A DNA stretch of 64,000 bases. Source: a virus. The stretch is from positions 1-64,000 of IMG/VR virus record IMGVR_UViG_3300010965_000427; one strand, given 5' to 3'. Position numbers and translations under genes: made by a program. Below are positions 20,619 through 30,340 of the stretch, piece after piece (the first letter of the stretch is position 1; each line of letters opens with the position of its first letter). Under the pieces are notes generated by a model, which saw only the letters and a program-made list of their open reading frames with translations, had not been told where the DNA came from and searched no databases.

Positions 20619-20639
20619 AGCAGTTTGGTTCTGTTTTTC

Positions 20640-20701
20640 TTATAAAGCTAACTTGCATTTCATTGCAAGTTAGCTTTATAAATTAAAAATATATTTTTTT
20701 T
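20640..20701 (+). terminator. intrinsic terminator
   Basis: TTATAAAGCTAACTTGCA...TGCAAGTTAGCTTTATAA. Confidence 0.7.
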
Positions 20702-20704
20702 GAA

Positions 20705-20776
20705 AAAAATGGTCGCATATATTTAATATGGCGCAACTTTACTATGACAGTAAAAACGCTTTGATTTGAATGGAGA
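20705..20776 (+). promoter_or_regulatory. promoter motif + covaried leader hairpin copy 3 + SD
   Basis: GGTCGCATATATTTAATAT-GGCGCAACTTTACTATGACAGTAAAAACGCT-...GGAG. Confidence 0.65.
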
Positions 20777-20781
20777 ACGAC

Positions 20782-22224
20782 ATGCAAAATGTATTTATTG
20801 GTAATTGCCAGCCAACTGCTGATAACGCCGTGTTAAAATTGTTTGCAGCTGGAGATTATATTGTTGATTGGGGGGATGGCTCCGAAGAAACTTTTCAGGC
20901 AAATTCAGTAGCCTCTCATGTTTATTCAATTTTCCGTCCAATGACAGTTAAGATTAAACCGCAATCAGGCTCTTTATTAGCTGTTTTAAATTTTAAAGTT
21001 CTGGTTAATAATTGTATAAATTTTACAGAAATTAATGTGGAATGTGGGGATTTAGAAATTCTAAAATTCAATGCCAATGAGCTATGTAAGGTTTCATTGA
21101 AAAAAAATAAAATTAAAAATTTTACTGGTATGTTTAGTGGTTGCCATAAAAATATTAGTTTTTCAGAATTATATACTTCACATGGAAAAAATTTTGATGA
21201 AATGTTTAATAATTGCTACGAAGCTACAAGCTTTCCAGAGCTGAATACCTCAAATGGCGAAAACTTTCGTGGGATGTTTAGTGGCTGCTCTGGGGCAACT
21301 AGTTTCCCGGAATTAAACACCTCGAGAGGAAAAAATTTTGGCGCAATGTTTAGTGGCTGCTTTGGAGCAACTAGTTTCCCGGCGCTAAACACCTCATCAG
21401 GAGAGAGCTTTGGCGGAATGTTTTACGGCTGTTTTAATGCCAAAAGCTTCCCGGAATTAAACACCTCGAAAGGAAAAGACTTTGGTGCAATGTTTTATGG
21501 CTGCTCCAAAGCAAGCGGCTTTCCAATGCTAAACACCTCAAAAGGAGAAAGTTTTGTTGCAATGTTTCATGGTTGCTCTGGCGCCAAAAGCTTCCCGGAA
21601 TTAAATACCTCGGCAGGAAAAAACTTTGGCGCAATGTTCTATGGCTGCTCTGGAGCCAAAGGCTTTCCGGAATTAAACACTTCAGCAGGAAAGAGTTTTG
21701 ACGAAATGTTTTATGGCTGCTCTGGAGCCAAAGGCTTTCCGGAATTAAACACTTCAGCAGGAAAATACTTTATAAATATGTTTTCTGGTTGCTTTGGAGC
21801 AACCAATTTCCCACTATTAGATACCTCAGCAGGAAAAGATTTCTATGGGATGTTTAATGGCTGCTCTGGGGCAACTAGTTTCCCGGCGCTAAACACCTCA
21901 TTAGGAGAGAGCTTTGGCGGAATGTTTTACGACTGCTTTAATGCCAAAAGCTTTCCAACACTAAACACCTCGGCAGGAGAAAGCTTTGATGGGATGTTTA
22001 ATGGCTGCTCTGGGGCAACGAGTTTCCCAGCGCTAGATACCTCAGCAGGAACAAGTTTTGACAAAATGTTTTACGGCTGCTCTGGAGCCAAAAGCTTTCC
22101 AGAACTAAACGCCTTGGCAGGAGAAAGCTTTGATAGGATGTTTGGTGGCTGCTGTGGAATCACGATCATTCCAGCTATAAATATTCCAGCTAAAAGCAAT
22201 ATTAGTAAAATGTTTAACGACTAA
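20782..22224 (+). CDS. PKD-like domain + ~15 x 24-aa DUF285/BspA-type repeats
   Basis: YIVDWGDG N-domain; repeats FPELNTSxGxxFxxMFxGCxxAxS; start reassigned to ATG after GGAG. Confidence 0.85.
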   Translation: MQNVFIGNCQPTADNAVLKLFAAGDYIVDWGDGSEETFQANSVASHVYSIFRPMTVKIKPQSGSLLAVLNFKVLVNNCINFTEINVECGDLEILKFNANELCKVSLKKNKIKNFTGMFSGCHKNISFSELYTSHGKNFDEMFNNCYEATSFPELNTSNGENFRGMFSGCSGATSFPELNTSRGKNFGAMFSGCFGATSFPALNTSSGESFGGMFYGCFNAKSFPELNTSKGKDFGAMFYGCSKASGFPMLNTSKGESFVAMFHGCSGAKSFPELNTSAGKNFGAMFYGCSGAKGFPELNTSAGKSFDEMFYGCSGAKGFPELNTSAGKYFINMFSGCFGATNFPLLDTSAGKDFYGMFNGCSGATSFPALNTSLGESFGGMFYDCFNAKSFPTLNTSAGESFDGMFNGCSGATSFPALDTSAGTSFDKMFYGCSGAKSFPELNALAGESFDRMFGGCCGITIIPAINIPAKSNISKMFND

Positions 22225-22294
22225 TGAACTGAGTGTTTGATTAATTAGGTTACTGTGGCTAACAAAGGTGACAATAACCTAAATTTTTTTATTA

Positions 22295-22322
22295 AATTAC
22301 AGCCATATATACTTAATATGAG
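22295..22322 (+). promoter_or_regulatory. phage promoter motif
   Basis: CAGCCATATATACTTAATATG after T-run/ATTAAA. Confidence 0.6.
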
Positions 22323-22351
22323 ACAACATTCGGCCCAATGGAAAAATATAA

Positions 22352-22834
22352 ATGTTAAATCAGTTAGAATATCCAATTCGTTTGGTTTACCCAGTATTTG
22401 TAAGAGTAAAACCGTCAATTATAAGTAAACAATACGACGAATATGCAGCCTTTTTTCCAGATTTAAACAGAAGACAAAGTTTATTCAGCACAGTAAAAGA
22501 ACATGTAGCATTACATGCTGAATCTACTTTAAACAATTATTTTTATCATTTAACATTAGACAACGGATTAGCTCCTACGCCCTCAAAACCTAAGGAAGAT
22601 CATATTGAAATTGAAGTTGGAAGTGATCATTCTGTTTTCTATATTGCTAATTATCTTGTAAATAACGAAACTCCTAATTTTGAGATGCTTAGAAGTTATT
22701 TAATGTTATCAAAATGGAAAGCATTGAAGATAAAACTAGCTAAACATCAATTTGACATTTCTAAAAAAGACTTAGAATTGATTTGCGAACTATTTAACGT
22801 AAAGTTTTCTCATCCGGTTTGGTATAAAAAATGA
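22352..22834 (+). CDS. HicB-like antitoxin-fold protein
   Basis: YPV...YAAFFPDL...L..YF...NGLAPTPS pattern. Confidence 0.55.
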   Translation: MLNQLEYPIRLVYPVFVRVKPSIISKQYDEYAAFFPDLNRRQSLFSTVKEHVALHAESTLNNYFYHLTLDNGLAPTPSKPKEDHIEIEVGSDHSVFYIANYLVNNETPNFEMLRSYLMLSKWKALKIKLAKHQFDISKKDLELICELFNVKFSHPVWYKK

Positions 22835-22915
22835 ATGACGATCAAAAACTTTCATTAAAATACCCCTGGGTAACACAAAAATATTTTGAAGAAGTAAAAA
22901 AAAAATAATTGTGAA

Positions 22916-23311
22916 TTGATTAATAAAAAGTGGAAGTGTATAGATAAAAATCTAAGAAAATTTATTTCCGATATAAATAACCACGCTAACGTTGCTACTT
23001 TATATTGTTGCGAATCTCATTTTAAAAGAAAAAAATTATCTCCGCGTTTTTATATTTCTTTTATATGCAATAGCGAAGGACATAACTTTCTAATAAATTT
23101 TCTAAATAAAGTAATAGCATCAAATCCAATGTTTTCATTAATAATAAATTTGCGTTACGAAACATGTTTATCTTCGGAATTAAAGAATGGCTATATAACA
23201 TGCTTTAGGTTTAGGCAAGTATTAAGGGCAAATGTTTTAAACAGAAAACAAAAACAAAAACTTTTACGAATACTTGAAAATGCGCTAGCAGAAACAAACA
23301 CCAGTTTCTAA
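22916..23311 (+). CDS. hypothetical protein, possibly Tyw3-like N-terminal motif
   Basis: IDKNLRKFISDIN...TLYCCESH resembles iD..i..l...N...T.sSCeGH. Confidence 0.35.
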   Translation: MINKKWKCIDKNLRKFISDINNHANVATLYCCESHFKRKKLSPRFYISFICNSEGHNFLINFLNKVIASNPMFSLIINLRYETCLSSELKNGYITCFRFRQVLRANVLNRKQKQKLLRILENALAETNTSF

Positions 23312-23340
23312 ATATTCAAACAAATCAAAAGAGTAAGAAA

Positions 23341-23922
23341 ATGTATCAAAATTTTGAAGCAATTCTAGAGCCAACTGCTGAAAATAATGAATTAAAAGTT
23401 GTTGCAAATGGAAAGTATACAGTAAATTGGGGGGACGGAGAATGCGAAGAATTTAATGAAAACGAAGAAGCTTTTCATAAATATAAAATCTTCAGAAGAA
23501 TAGTAGTTCGTATTTTTCCCAAACTTGGTTGTAAATTAGTGAAATTAGATTTTTCTAAAAGCAGTATTTATTTTACAGAAGTTTATATAAAATGTGAATA
23601 TTTAAAATTACTAAAATTACAATTAAAAAGTCCTTTAGTAATTTCAATATACAAAAATGAAATAAATAAATTTCATCTAAATTTTAATAATATAAATAAT
23701 AATATTAATTTCTCAATTCAAGATTCATTGGAAGGAGTTGATTTTTTATTAATTTTTACTAAATATTGTTTGACAGCTAATACTGTAATGCTAAATCTAA
23801 TGCCTGAAATAAAATTTTCTTGGGTATTTCTTGATTGTCACTTAGCTGCTAATTCCCAATTATTAAATTTATTTGAAGGCGCTAGACATTATTTGGAATT
23901 TAATGGCAGTTATTCTATATAA
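23341..23922 (+). CDS. PKD-like paralog of the repeat proteins with degenerate/absent repeats
   Basis: EPTAENNEL...YTVNWGDG...AFHKY..IFPKLG..L..LDF N-domain matches the 20782 family. Confidence 0.7.
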   Translation: MYQNFEAILEPTAENNELKVVANGKYTVNWGDGECEEFNENEEAFHKYKIFRRIVVRIFPKLGCKLVKLDFSKSSIYFTEVYIKCEYLKLLKLQLKSPLVISIYKNEINKFHLNFNNINNNINFSIQDSLEGVDFLLIFTKYCLTANTVMLNLMPEIKFSWVFLDCHLAANSQLLNLFEGARHYLEFNGSYSI

Positions 23923-23961
23923 ATAATTTCAAAACTTTAAACACTAGTGGAAAAATAAAAA

Positions 23962-24180
23962 ATGGAATCAAAAAAAGAAGAAAAAAAAGAAAAAATTAAA
24001 GAGTCTCTTTGGGAAAAAAGAGCATTAATAAAAAGACTGCTAATAGAACATCGAATGAGATTAAAAACATCTATAAATAAAGCTCCTGTTCTTGAAAGTG
24101 TGTTGGGTTCAACATTAAATGAATGTGAGTTGTTAATAAATGAATTAAAAGATGTTAAGGAAATGTGCACGATTGTATAA
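23962..24180 (+). CDS. small helical protein, paralog 1
   Basis: IKESLWEKRALIK shared with 24222 ORF. Confidence 0.65.
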   Translation: MESKKEEKKEKIKESLWEKRALIKRLLIEHRMRLKTSINKAPVLESVLGSTLNECELLINELKDVKEMCTIV

Positions 24181-24221
24181 AAGACATTTAGTATTAAAAA
24201 AACAATCAAAGAGAAAAAACT

Positions 24222-24503
24222 ATGAGCAAAAAAGTTAATTCAGTCCAACAAGAAGCTAAAAACTCTGTTTTAAAAAAAAGAAAACTGGCTAAAAAAATAA
24301 TTATAAATAATTTGACTTTGCATGAAATTAAAGAGTCTCTTTGGAAAAATAGAAAATTAATTAAAGGAATGCTTTTGAATTATTCGGAAGAGATTGAAAC
24401 AGCTATGAATAAATATCCATCTACAAAACCTATTTTATCAGATTGTCTAAATAATGTAAAAGCGCTGATAGAATTATTAAGAAAAGTTGAAGTTGAAGAT
24501 TAA
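24222..24503 (+). CDS. small helical protein, paralog 2
   Basis: IKESLWKNRKLIK. Confidence 0.65.
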   Translation: MSKKVNSVQQEAKNSVLKKRKLAKKIIINNLTLHEIKESLWKNRKLIKGMLLNYSEEIETAMNKYPSTKPILSDCLNNVKALIELLRKVEVED

Positions 24504-24539
24504 TATAAAAAAATATTTTTAATTTAATAAACACTCCTT

Positions 24540-24917
24540 ATGAACAACCTAACCGAACGCGATATCAAAAAGGCAATAAAAGAACTTTTAAATCCAAACG
24601 GAGCATTTTTAAACTGTTTAAATGAATTAGAAAAAATCGTCAATACAAATCCAGCCATAAACATTTTCTTATCGGAACCTATGAGCGAAATAAAAATGCT
24701 TATAAAAATATTAAAAACATCAAAACAAATGAACGAATACAAATATAAACCAATTTTTAAACCAGATATTTGGTTAGAACGTTGTAAAAAACGATTACTG
24801 TTTAGAGGAGTTTCTGATCAAAGATCTAGATTATGGGCAGAATCCTTACTCAATAATCTGCCAAATGCATTAAATATAACTCCGGAAGGAGCAGCTGATA
24901 ATGAGTTTTTCTCATGA
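24540..24917 (+). CDS. hypothetical protein, distant paralog 3
   Basis: IKELL...NTNPAINIFLSEPMSEIKMLIKIL resembles the preceding two. Confidence 0.6.
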   Translation: MNNLTERDIKKAIKELLNPNGAFLNCLNELEKIVNTNPAINIFLSEPMSEIKMLIKILKTSKQMNEYKYKPIFKPDIWLERCKKRLLFRGVSDQRSRLWAESLLNNLPNALNITPEGAADNEFFS

Positions 24918-25120
24918 GCATAAATTCTTCAAAAACCAGAAGGTGCGAAATTTGTCTATTTTCTCAACCAACTGAATATCCAGATTTAGTTGAGTGTCAT
25001 TTTACGCTGACAACAGAAAAATGCCCAAGAATTAAAAATATACCTTGGCCAAAAATTAATAATTGGGACTGGTGTAAACATTTTGAACCAAAACTTTCTA
25101 CAACTACAGGAAATCAATAA
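24914..25120 (+). CDS. small 4-Cys protein (HiPIP-like motif), paralog 1
   Basis: CEICLF...ECH...WPKINNWDWCKHF. Confidence 0.65.
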   Translation: MSINSSKTRRCEICLFSQPTEYPDLVECHFTLTTEKCPRIKNIPWPKINNWDWCKHFEPKLSTTTGNQ

Positions 25121-25369
25121 ATGTCTGACAATGCTGCGACTGCTCTTAAAACCCAAACTAAAATAGTTGAAAATTGCAGTGTTTGTTATTTTTCTAGAAA
25201 CCACTATTCTGAAATGGAAGACAACAAACAACGCATTACTTTAGAATGTCGATATAATACTCCGGTAATGTTTAAATGTTTCGATGGCTCTGTTGAAACA
25301 CATTGGCCGGTAGTTGATGAAGTTGATTGGTGCGGGCTTTATCAAAAATCAAAACTTTTGGAAAAATAA
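25121..25369 (+). CDS. small 4-Cys protein (HiPIP-like motif), paralog 2
   Basis: CSVCYF...ECRYNTP...WPVVDEVDWCGLY. Confidence 0.7.
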   Translation: MSDNAATALKTQTKIVENCSVCYFSRNHYSEMEDNKQRITLECRYNTPVMFKCFDGSVETHWPVVDEVDWCGLYQKSKLLEK

Positions 25370-25717
25370 ATGTCAAATGTATTGCGATACCCGGCTTCTT
25401 GCAAATTGATTCGCGGAGAGTGGTTTGTTCAGTTATTAGATGTTCATTCAATATCTGCCAGTGGAAGAAGAATAAAAGATGCGAAAGCAAGGGTGCGAGA
25501 TAATCTAGAAAATTATTTAGAAGAGGCACTTTATAATGGAGCAATGGTGCCATTGCCATCATTAGCAGATGAAAAAACTATTCTTATTGCTATAAATGAA
25601 AAACTATCATTAAGAATACTTTCCTTAACCCATTTCTTTGGAATATTAATCAATATATTCTATTATAAATTGCACATGAATTTAAATAATAAATACACAA
25701 TTTCCAATTCCAATTGA
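25370..25717 (+). CDS. HicB family antitoxin-like protein
   Basis: YPA...WFVQLLDV...SASGRRIKDAKARVRDNLENYL...NGAMVPLPS fits the HicB N-domain. Confidence 0.7.
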   Translation: MSNVLRYPASCKLIRGEWFVQLLDVHSISASGRRIKDAKARVRDNLENYLEEALYNGAMVPLPSLADEKTILIAINEKLSLRILSLTHFFGILINIFYYKLHMNLNNKYTISNSN

Positions 25718-25738
25718 GTCTATTACGGTAAAATATTT

Positions 25739-26209
25739 ATGAGAATCCAAAACCCACTTAGGCTTTGCTACCCAATTTCCATTAATACCACAACGTCCTC
25801 AAAAAAAATATCTTACCATATTTACTGCCCAGATCTCAAAAGGCAGCTTGGACGTACTTATATCGATAGACATAAAGTAATTCAATCTGCTAGAGAAGAT
25901 ATAAACTGTTATTTTACAATGCTGCGTGAAAGTAACGGAACTCCTCCTGTTCCTTCTAAATGCAAATCAGACGAAACCATCATTGCTCCTAATAACAAAA
26001 TAGCAATAAGTTATTTTATAAATTATTTATTTAAGAATGAAGATCCCAATAAAGAATTGCTAAGTAATAGAAATGTGTGTATTAAATTAGAAGCTTTAAA
26101 AAAGTTAGGTGTGGCGGATTTTTTATGTATAAAAGCCGACGATCTTGCTTTTATTAGTAAACTATATTCTGCCCAATTAGATTTATCTGTATTGTCAATA
26201 AACGATTAA
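25739..26209 (+). CDS. HicB-like protein
   Basis: YPI...YHIYCPDL...AREDINCYF..LRESNGTPPVPS. Confidence 0.6.
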   Translation: MRIQNPLRLCYPISINTTTSSKKISYHIYCPDLKRQLGRTYIDRHKVIQSAREDINCYFTMLRESNGTPPVPSKCKSDETIIAPNNKIAISYFINYLFKNEDPNKELLSNRNVCIKLEALKKLGVADFLCIKADDLAFISKLYSAQLDLSVLSIND

Positions 26210-26223
26210 CTGATAAAAAAACC

Positions 26224-26703
26224 ATGAATAAAGATGATTCAAACATAATAAAGCTGTGTTACCCCGCAGTAGCTTCACTTAATGAACTTAAAAAAAAATC
26301 GGTTTATTCTATTTATTTACCAGACTTTAAAAAAACATTTGGTTTACCAAATGTAATAAAAAATGAAGCAATTAAAAGCGCAATACGTGATTTAGATCAG
26401 CATTTTTATTTGCTTTCTTATGTAAAAAAAACTGCGCCTGTTCCCTCAAAATCATTAAATATTGAATTTAAAATTGCTCCAACCGTTATTGCGGCTACAT
26501 GCTATTTTATAAATTATTTATTTGAACATAAAACTCCCGATTTTTCTTATATAGAAGACGGCGACGATTATACTAAAAGAAATCAATGGGACAATTTGAA
26601 TATGGCAATTTCAAGCGGGCACCCTATAATTAAAATTAGTGATTTGGCATTTATAAGTAAAATTTATAATACCCAACTAGACCTAACAACGCTTTCATTG
26701 TGA
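26224..26703 (+). CDS. HicB-like protein
   Basis: YPA...YSIYLPDF...APVPSK; C-terminal DLAFISKxYxxQLDL shared with 25739. Confidence 0.6.
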   Translation: MNKDDSNIIKLCYPAVASLNELKKKSVYSIYLPDFKKTFGLPNVIKNEAIKSAIRDLDQHFYLLSYVKKTAPVPSKSLNIEFKIAPTVIAATCYFINYLFEHKTPDFSYIEDGDDYTKRNQWDNLNMAISSGHPIIKISDLAFISKIYNTQLDLTTLSL

Positions 26704-26732
26704 AAGCGACTTATGCAACCAGGAAAAAATAA

Positions 26733-27002
26733 ATGAATGAAACTGAACGTTGTGAAAATGAAACTGAACGTTGCGAAATATGCTACTTTTGCCGTTCTGT
26801 GAAAGGCAATGACTCTTTATGGTTTGAATGTCGAAAAAGATCGCCAAAACAAATGGACGACAAATACAGACGCATGGCCATTTGGCCAATAGTGGAGGCT
26901 GAGCATTGGTGCGGAAAGTTCAAGAAAATAAAAAAGACAAAACTGCAAGAATCTGAAAAAGTAATGCAAGAGCATAAGGTTTCTATTAATAGCGCAATGT
27001 AA
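26733..27002 (+). CDS. small 4-Cys protein (HiPIP-like motif), paralog 3
   Basis: CEICYF...ECRKRSP...WPIVEAEHWCGKF; 21-bp N-terminal duplication (NETERCE x2). Confidence 0.7.
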   Translation: MNETERCENETERCEICYFCRSVKGNDSLWFECRKRSPKQMDDKYRRMAIWPIVEAEHWCGKFKKIKKTKLQESEKVMQEHKVSINSAM

Positions 27003-27022
27003 ACACAACAGCAATCAATTAT

Positions 27023-27072
27023 CTAGCGATCAATGCTATGGCGCATTGATCGCTAGGTTTTATTATTTTTTT
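27023..27072 (+). terminator. intrinsic terminator
   Basis: CTAGCGATCAATGC...GCATTGATCGCTAG + T-tract. Confidence 0.75.
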
Positions 27073-27095
27073 ATTAATAAAAAGAGGGCTTTGGA

Positions 27096-29201
27096 ATGTT
27101 TTCATTTGGTAATCCCGACGTTAGCCAACATGGCTCTATTATTATAATTAGAAATATCCGTACAAAAATACTAATGAATGACATTAGTAGAATTTGGAAA
27201 ACACAAAGAATTAATTCTAATATGTTTGAAGATATTGGAAGATCGGCTATCAAATTTGAAGCTTTCTTTGCTTTAGAATTTTATTATATTTTAGATTCCA
27301 TCATTTATAATCGTCGCGTAATTTCAAATGTAAGGGTCCTGAGGGCAATACAAAGGCAATTAGAGACAAACACCTGGCTTAAAGCGCTAAATGCTCCTGT
27401 GGCTCCTAGAATCGATTTAAAACGCCTTAATGATCTAACTCTCACATTGTTTCCCTATCAATTAGATTTTCTAGAAAAATATGACAAACAAACACAACGA
27501 TATTGTTTAAATGGAATGCTATTAGGAACTTTGCCAGGAAGCGGAAAAACAGCAACAACTTTGGCATTAACTCATGCTTTAAGCGCTGAAAGAATTATAG
27601 TAATTTGCCCAAAAACAGCAGTAGAAAGAGTTTGGGAACAAAATATTCAGACATTATTTAAAACAAAACAATCTTATTGGTATTCATATTCTGGAAAAAA
27701 ATATGCAAATGAACGATTTGCAATATTCCATTACGAAGCCATTAACAAAGCTATGGATATTATTGATGAATTAAGAAACCCTAAAATTGCTGTTATTTTA
27801 GACGAATCTCATAATCTAACAGAAATGACTTCTTTGAGAACTCAGCTGTTTATTGAGCTCTGCCAAAAACTTAATAGTAAAGATACAATATTGGCATCTG
27901 GCACTCCGATTAAAGCAATAACGTCTGAAATTATTCCTTTATTTCATGTAATAGATCCGCTGTTTAATGATAACGTAGCTACCCGCTTCAGAGCCATTTA
28001 CAGAGGCGATGCAAACAGAGCAACCGAAATATTAACCCACCGAATAGATCAGGTATCTTTTAAGATTGAAAAAGAAGAATTAAAACTCACAGCTCCTATA
28101 TTCAGAAATCTTCCAATCGCCATACCTAATGGAAACGAATACACCTTAGCTTTTATAGGAAATGACTTGGCCGATTATGCAAAAAAACAAATTGAATTTT
28201 ATACAAAACAAAGACCCGCTAATGAAAAAGCTTTTTATGAATTGTTAGATAAAGCTGAACAAATAATTTTATCAAAAAATCAACCAAGAAGCGAATATAA
28301 AAAAGCAATTGAACAAAATGCAAAATATCACACTTTATTAGAACAGGTTATTTTTTGCGATAAGCGAAATAAATTAAGAGATGCTCGGGACGCTATTGTT
28401 TTTTGCAATTCATATGAAAAAAATGTTATAATGGCAGTTTTAACATTAAAAGACGATAGAGTAAGTTTTAAAGAATTAAAAACATTAGTAAAATATATGA
28501 GATTAAAAGTTAGAGGGGAATGTTTAGGCCGAGTGCTAGGCCGTAAAAGAATTGAAGCTCATATGGCAATGGTTCCTTATATAGACTTTGATACAATATT
28601 AAATTCTACTGAAAAAAAAACCGTCGTGTTTACTTCATATGTGGAAGTTGTTGATAAAGCTAATGAAATTTTGCTATCGCAGGGAAATTTTCCAGTAGTT
28701 GTATACGGAGCAGTAAATAAAAATTTAGCAAATTTAATAGATCAATTTGAAAGAGACTCGGAAAAAAACCCATTAATAGCTACATATGCATCTTTATCTA
28801 CAGCTGTCCCTTTGATTATGGCCGACACTATGGTAATTGTTAATTCTCCATTTAGAAATTATATATTTGAACAAGCAGTTAGCCGAATTCATAGATTAGG
28901 CGCAAATACACAGACTTGTATTTATTTATGTTTTCTAGATACAGGGAGTGATCTCAATATAAGTTCGCGTAATGTCGATATACTAAAATGGTCCCAGGAT
29001 CAAGTAGAAAAAATATTAGGTATAGATGCTGTTTTTAAAATTGAAGATTTACCAAATATGGCAGAAATCGATGAACAAGTAACTAGCGGATTAATTCCAG
29101 TTATTGAAGAACTCCATATACCCGATGAGAGTTTAAATAAATTAGAAATAAATTCTGAAAAACTTTTAGAAATAACTCCTTTATGGGTAAATTGGAAATG
29201 A
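27096..29201 (+). CDS. SNF2/DExH-like helicase (phiKZ gp203-like)
   Basis: PGSGKT Walker A, LDESH, ASGTP, QAVSRIHRLG motif VI. Confidence 0.85.
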   Translation: MFSFGNPDVSQHGSIIIIRNIRTKILMNDISRIWKTQRINSNMFEDIGRSAIKFEAFFALEFYYILDSIIYNRRVISNVRVLRAIQRQLETNTWLKALNAPVAPRIDLKRLNDLTLTLFPYQLDFLEKYDKQTQRYCLNGMLLGTLPGSGKTATTLALTHALSAERIIVICPKTAVERVWEQNIQTLFKTKQSYWYSYSGKKYANERFAIFHYEAINKAMDIIDELRNPKIAVILDESHNLTEMTSLRTQLFIELCQKLNSKDTILASGTPIKAITSEIIPLFHVIDPLFNDNVATRFRAIYRGDANRATEILTHRIDQVSFKIEKEELKLTAPIFRNLPIAIPNGNEYTLAFIGNDLADYAKKQIEFYTKQRPANEKAFYELLDKAEQIILSKNQPRSEYKKAIEQNAKYHTLLEQVIFCDKRNKLRDARDAIVFCNSYEKNVIMAVLTLKDDRVSFKELKTLVKYMRLKVRGECLGRVLGRKRIEAHMAMVPYIDFDTILNSTEKKTVVFTSYVEVVDKANEILLSQGNFPVVVYGAVNKNLANLIDQFERDSEKNPLIATYASLSTAVPLIMADTMVIVNSPFRNYIFEQAVSRIHRLGANTQTCIYLCFLDTGSDLNISSRNVDILKWSQDQVEKILGIDAVFKIEDLPNMAEIDEQVTSGLIPVIEELHIPDESLNKLEINSEKLLEITPLWVNWK

Positions 29202-29590
29202 CAGGCAGTTTGCACAGTGTTAACCAGTCAATGGCCCCGCTAAGAATTATTAGCGAAGACCAAAATCAATTTGAAAATGACGAAGCAATTAATTGGAAAG
29301 AGTGGCAATATGAAAAAGTAGATAATCATTTTCTAATAAGTTACTATAGTGAAAGTAACTTTACAATGCAATTACAAAATAGTTGCTTTTTTATCTACAG
29401 AAGCTATGTTAAAGATGATATAATGGAATATTCTGTTTATTTTTACTGCAATGGCAGAAGCAAATTTTTAGACTTATTCTGCACCCATCCAGATCAAGTT
29501 ATCAGCCAAGGAGAGTTTATTGGGCGAACTACAAAAGAAGACGATGTCTTAAGCATTGTGGAAAGTCGTATCAAAATAATAGTAAACTGA
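29183..29590 (+). CDS. hypothetical protein
   Basis: ORF coupled to helicase stop; true start uncertain. Confidence 0.55.
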   Translation: MGKLEMTGSLHSVNQSMAPLRIISEDQNQFENDEAINWKEWQYEKVDNHFLISYYSESNFTMQLQNSCFFIYRSYVKDDIMEYSVYFYCNGRSKFLDLFCTHPDQVISQGEFIGRTTKEDDVLSIVESRIKIIVN

Positions 29591-29631
29591 CTTTTTAAAA
29601 GAAACCCCTCGTTTTTAAATGGGCAAAAAAT

Positions 29632-30273
29632 ATGTTCAAAGATCCTAGGTTAGTTTCAAAATTTTATAAAGAATTCCAAGTTGGAAAATTATATTTTTAC
29701 AAAATTTACTACCCGTTTAATAAACCGTCTGGTTGTTTTGTTTGTTTTAAACGAGACAATAGTTTAATTATACAGTATTCAAATATTTCACTTTCCGAAC
29801 AATTATATAATATTGTAAATTGTGAAGAAAACGATATACCCTTAAAATCAGATTTTGAGGTTACGTATTGGAATAGCAGAAACGAAGTAGAATGCGTAAT
29901 TAGCTATTGGATTTATTTAAAAAAGCAACTCCAAAATTTAGATTCAAATTTAAAAGAAAAAGATTTATGTAAAAATAAAATGGAAAATATCGATCAAATT
30001 TTAGCATCAATGATGAAAAGTCTGTTTCGTAATTTTGACTTTAAATATAAAATTCCATTAAGAGATTTAAATATGCCAATAGAATGGATAAGAATGGCCA
30101 TTTATTATGGAATTATTATTGAAGATGTTTCATCTAGCGATTTGACAGCCGGATGGTATTTAACTAACTTTGGAATTGCTCTCAGAGCACAATTCGATTG
30201 GCTAGAATTAAGCCAAAAAATAAACACAGAAAACTATCAAGAATTAAAAACGGTGTTACAAATTAAAGCATAA
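29632..30273 (+). CDS. hypothetical protein
   Basis: 213-aa ORF. Confidence 0.6.
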   Translation: MFKDPRLVSKFYKEFQVGKLYFYKIYYPFNKPSGCFVCFKRDNSLIIQYSNISLSEQLYNIVNCEENDIPLKSDFEVTYWNSRNEVECVISYWIYLKKQLQNLDSNLKEKDLCKNKMENIDQILASMMKSLFRNFDFKYKIPLRDLNMPIEWIRMAIYYGIIIEDVSSSDLTAGWYLTNFGIALRAQFDWLELSQKINTENYQELKTVLQIKA

Positions 30274-30279
30274 TGAATA

Positions 30280-30308
30280 AAAAAATGGTCACATATATTA
30301 AAATTACT
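30280..30308 (+). promoter_or_regulatory. phage promoter motif
   Basis: AAAAAATGGTCACATATATTAAAATT. Confidence 0.55.
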
Positions 30309-30340
30309 AATAAACAATTGCAAAGCATAAGAGAGCAATT

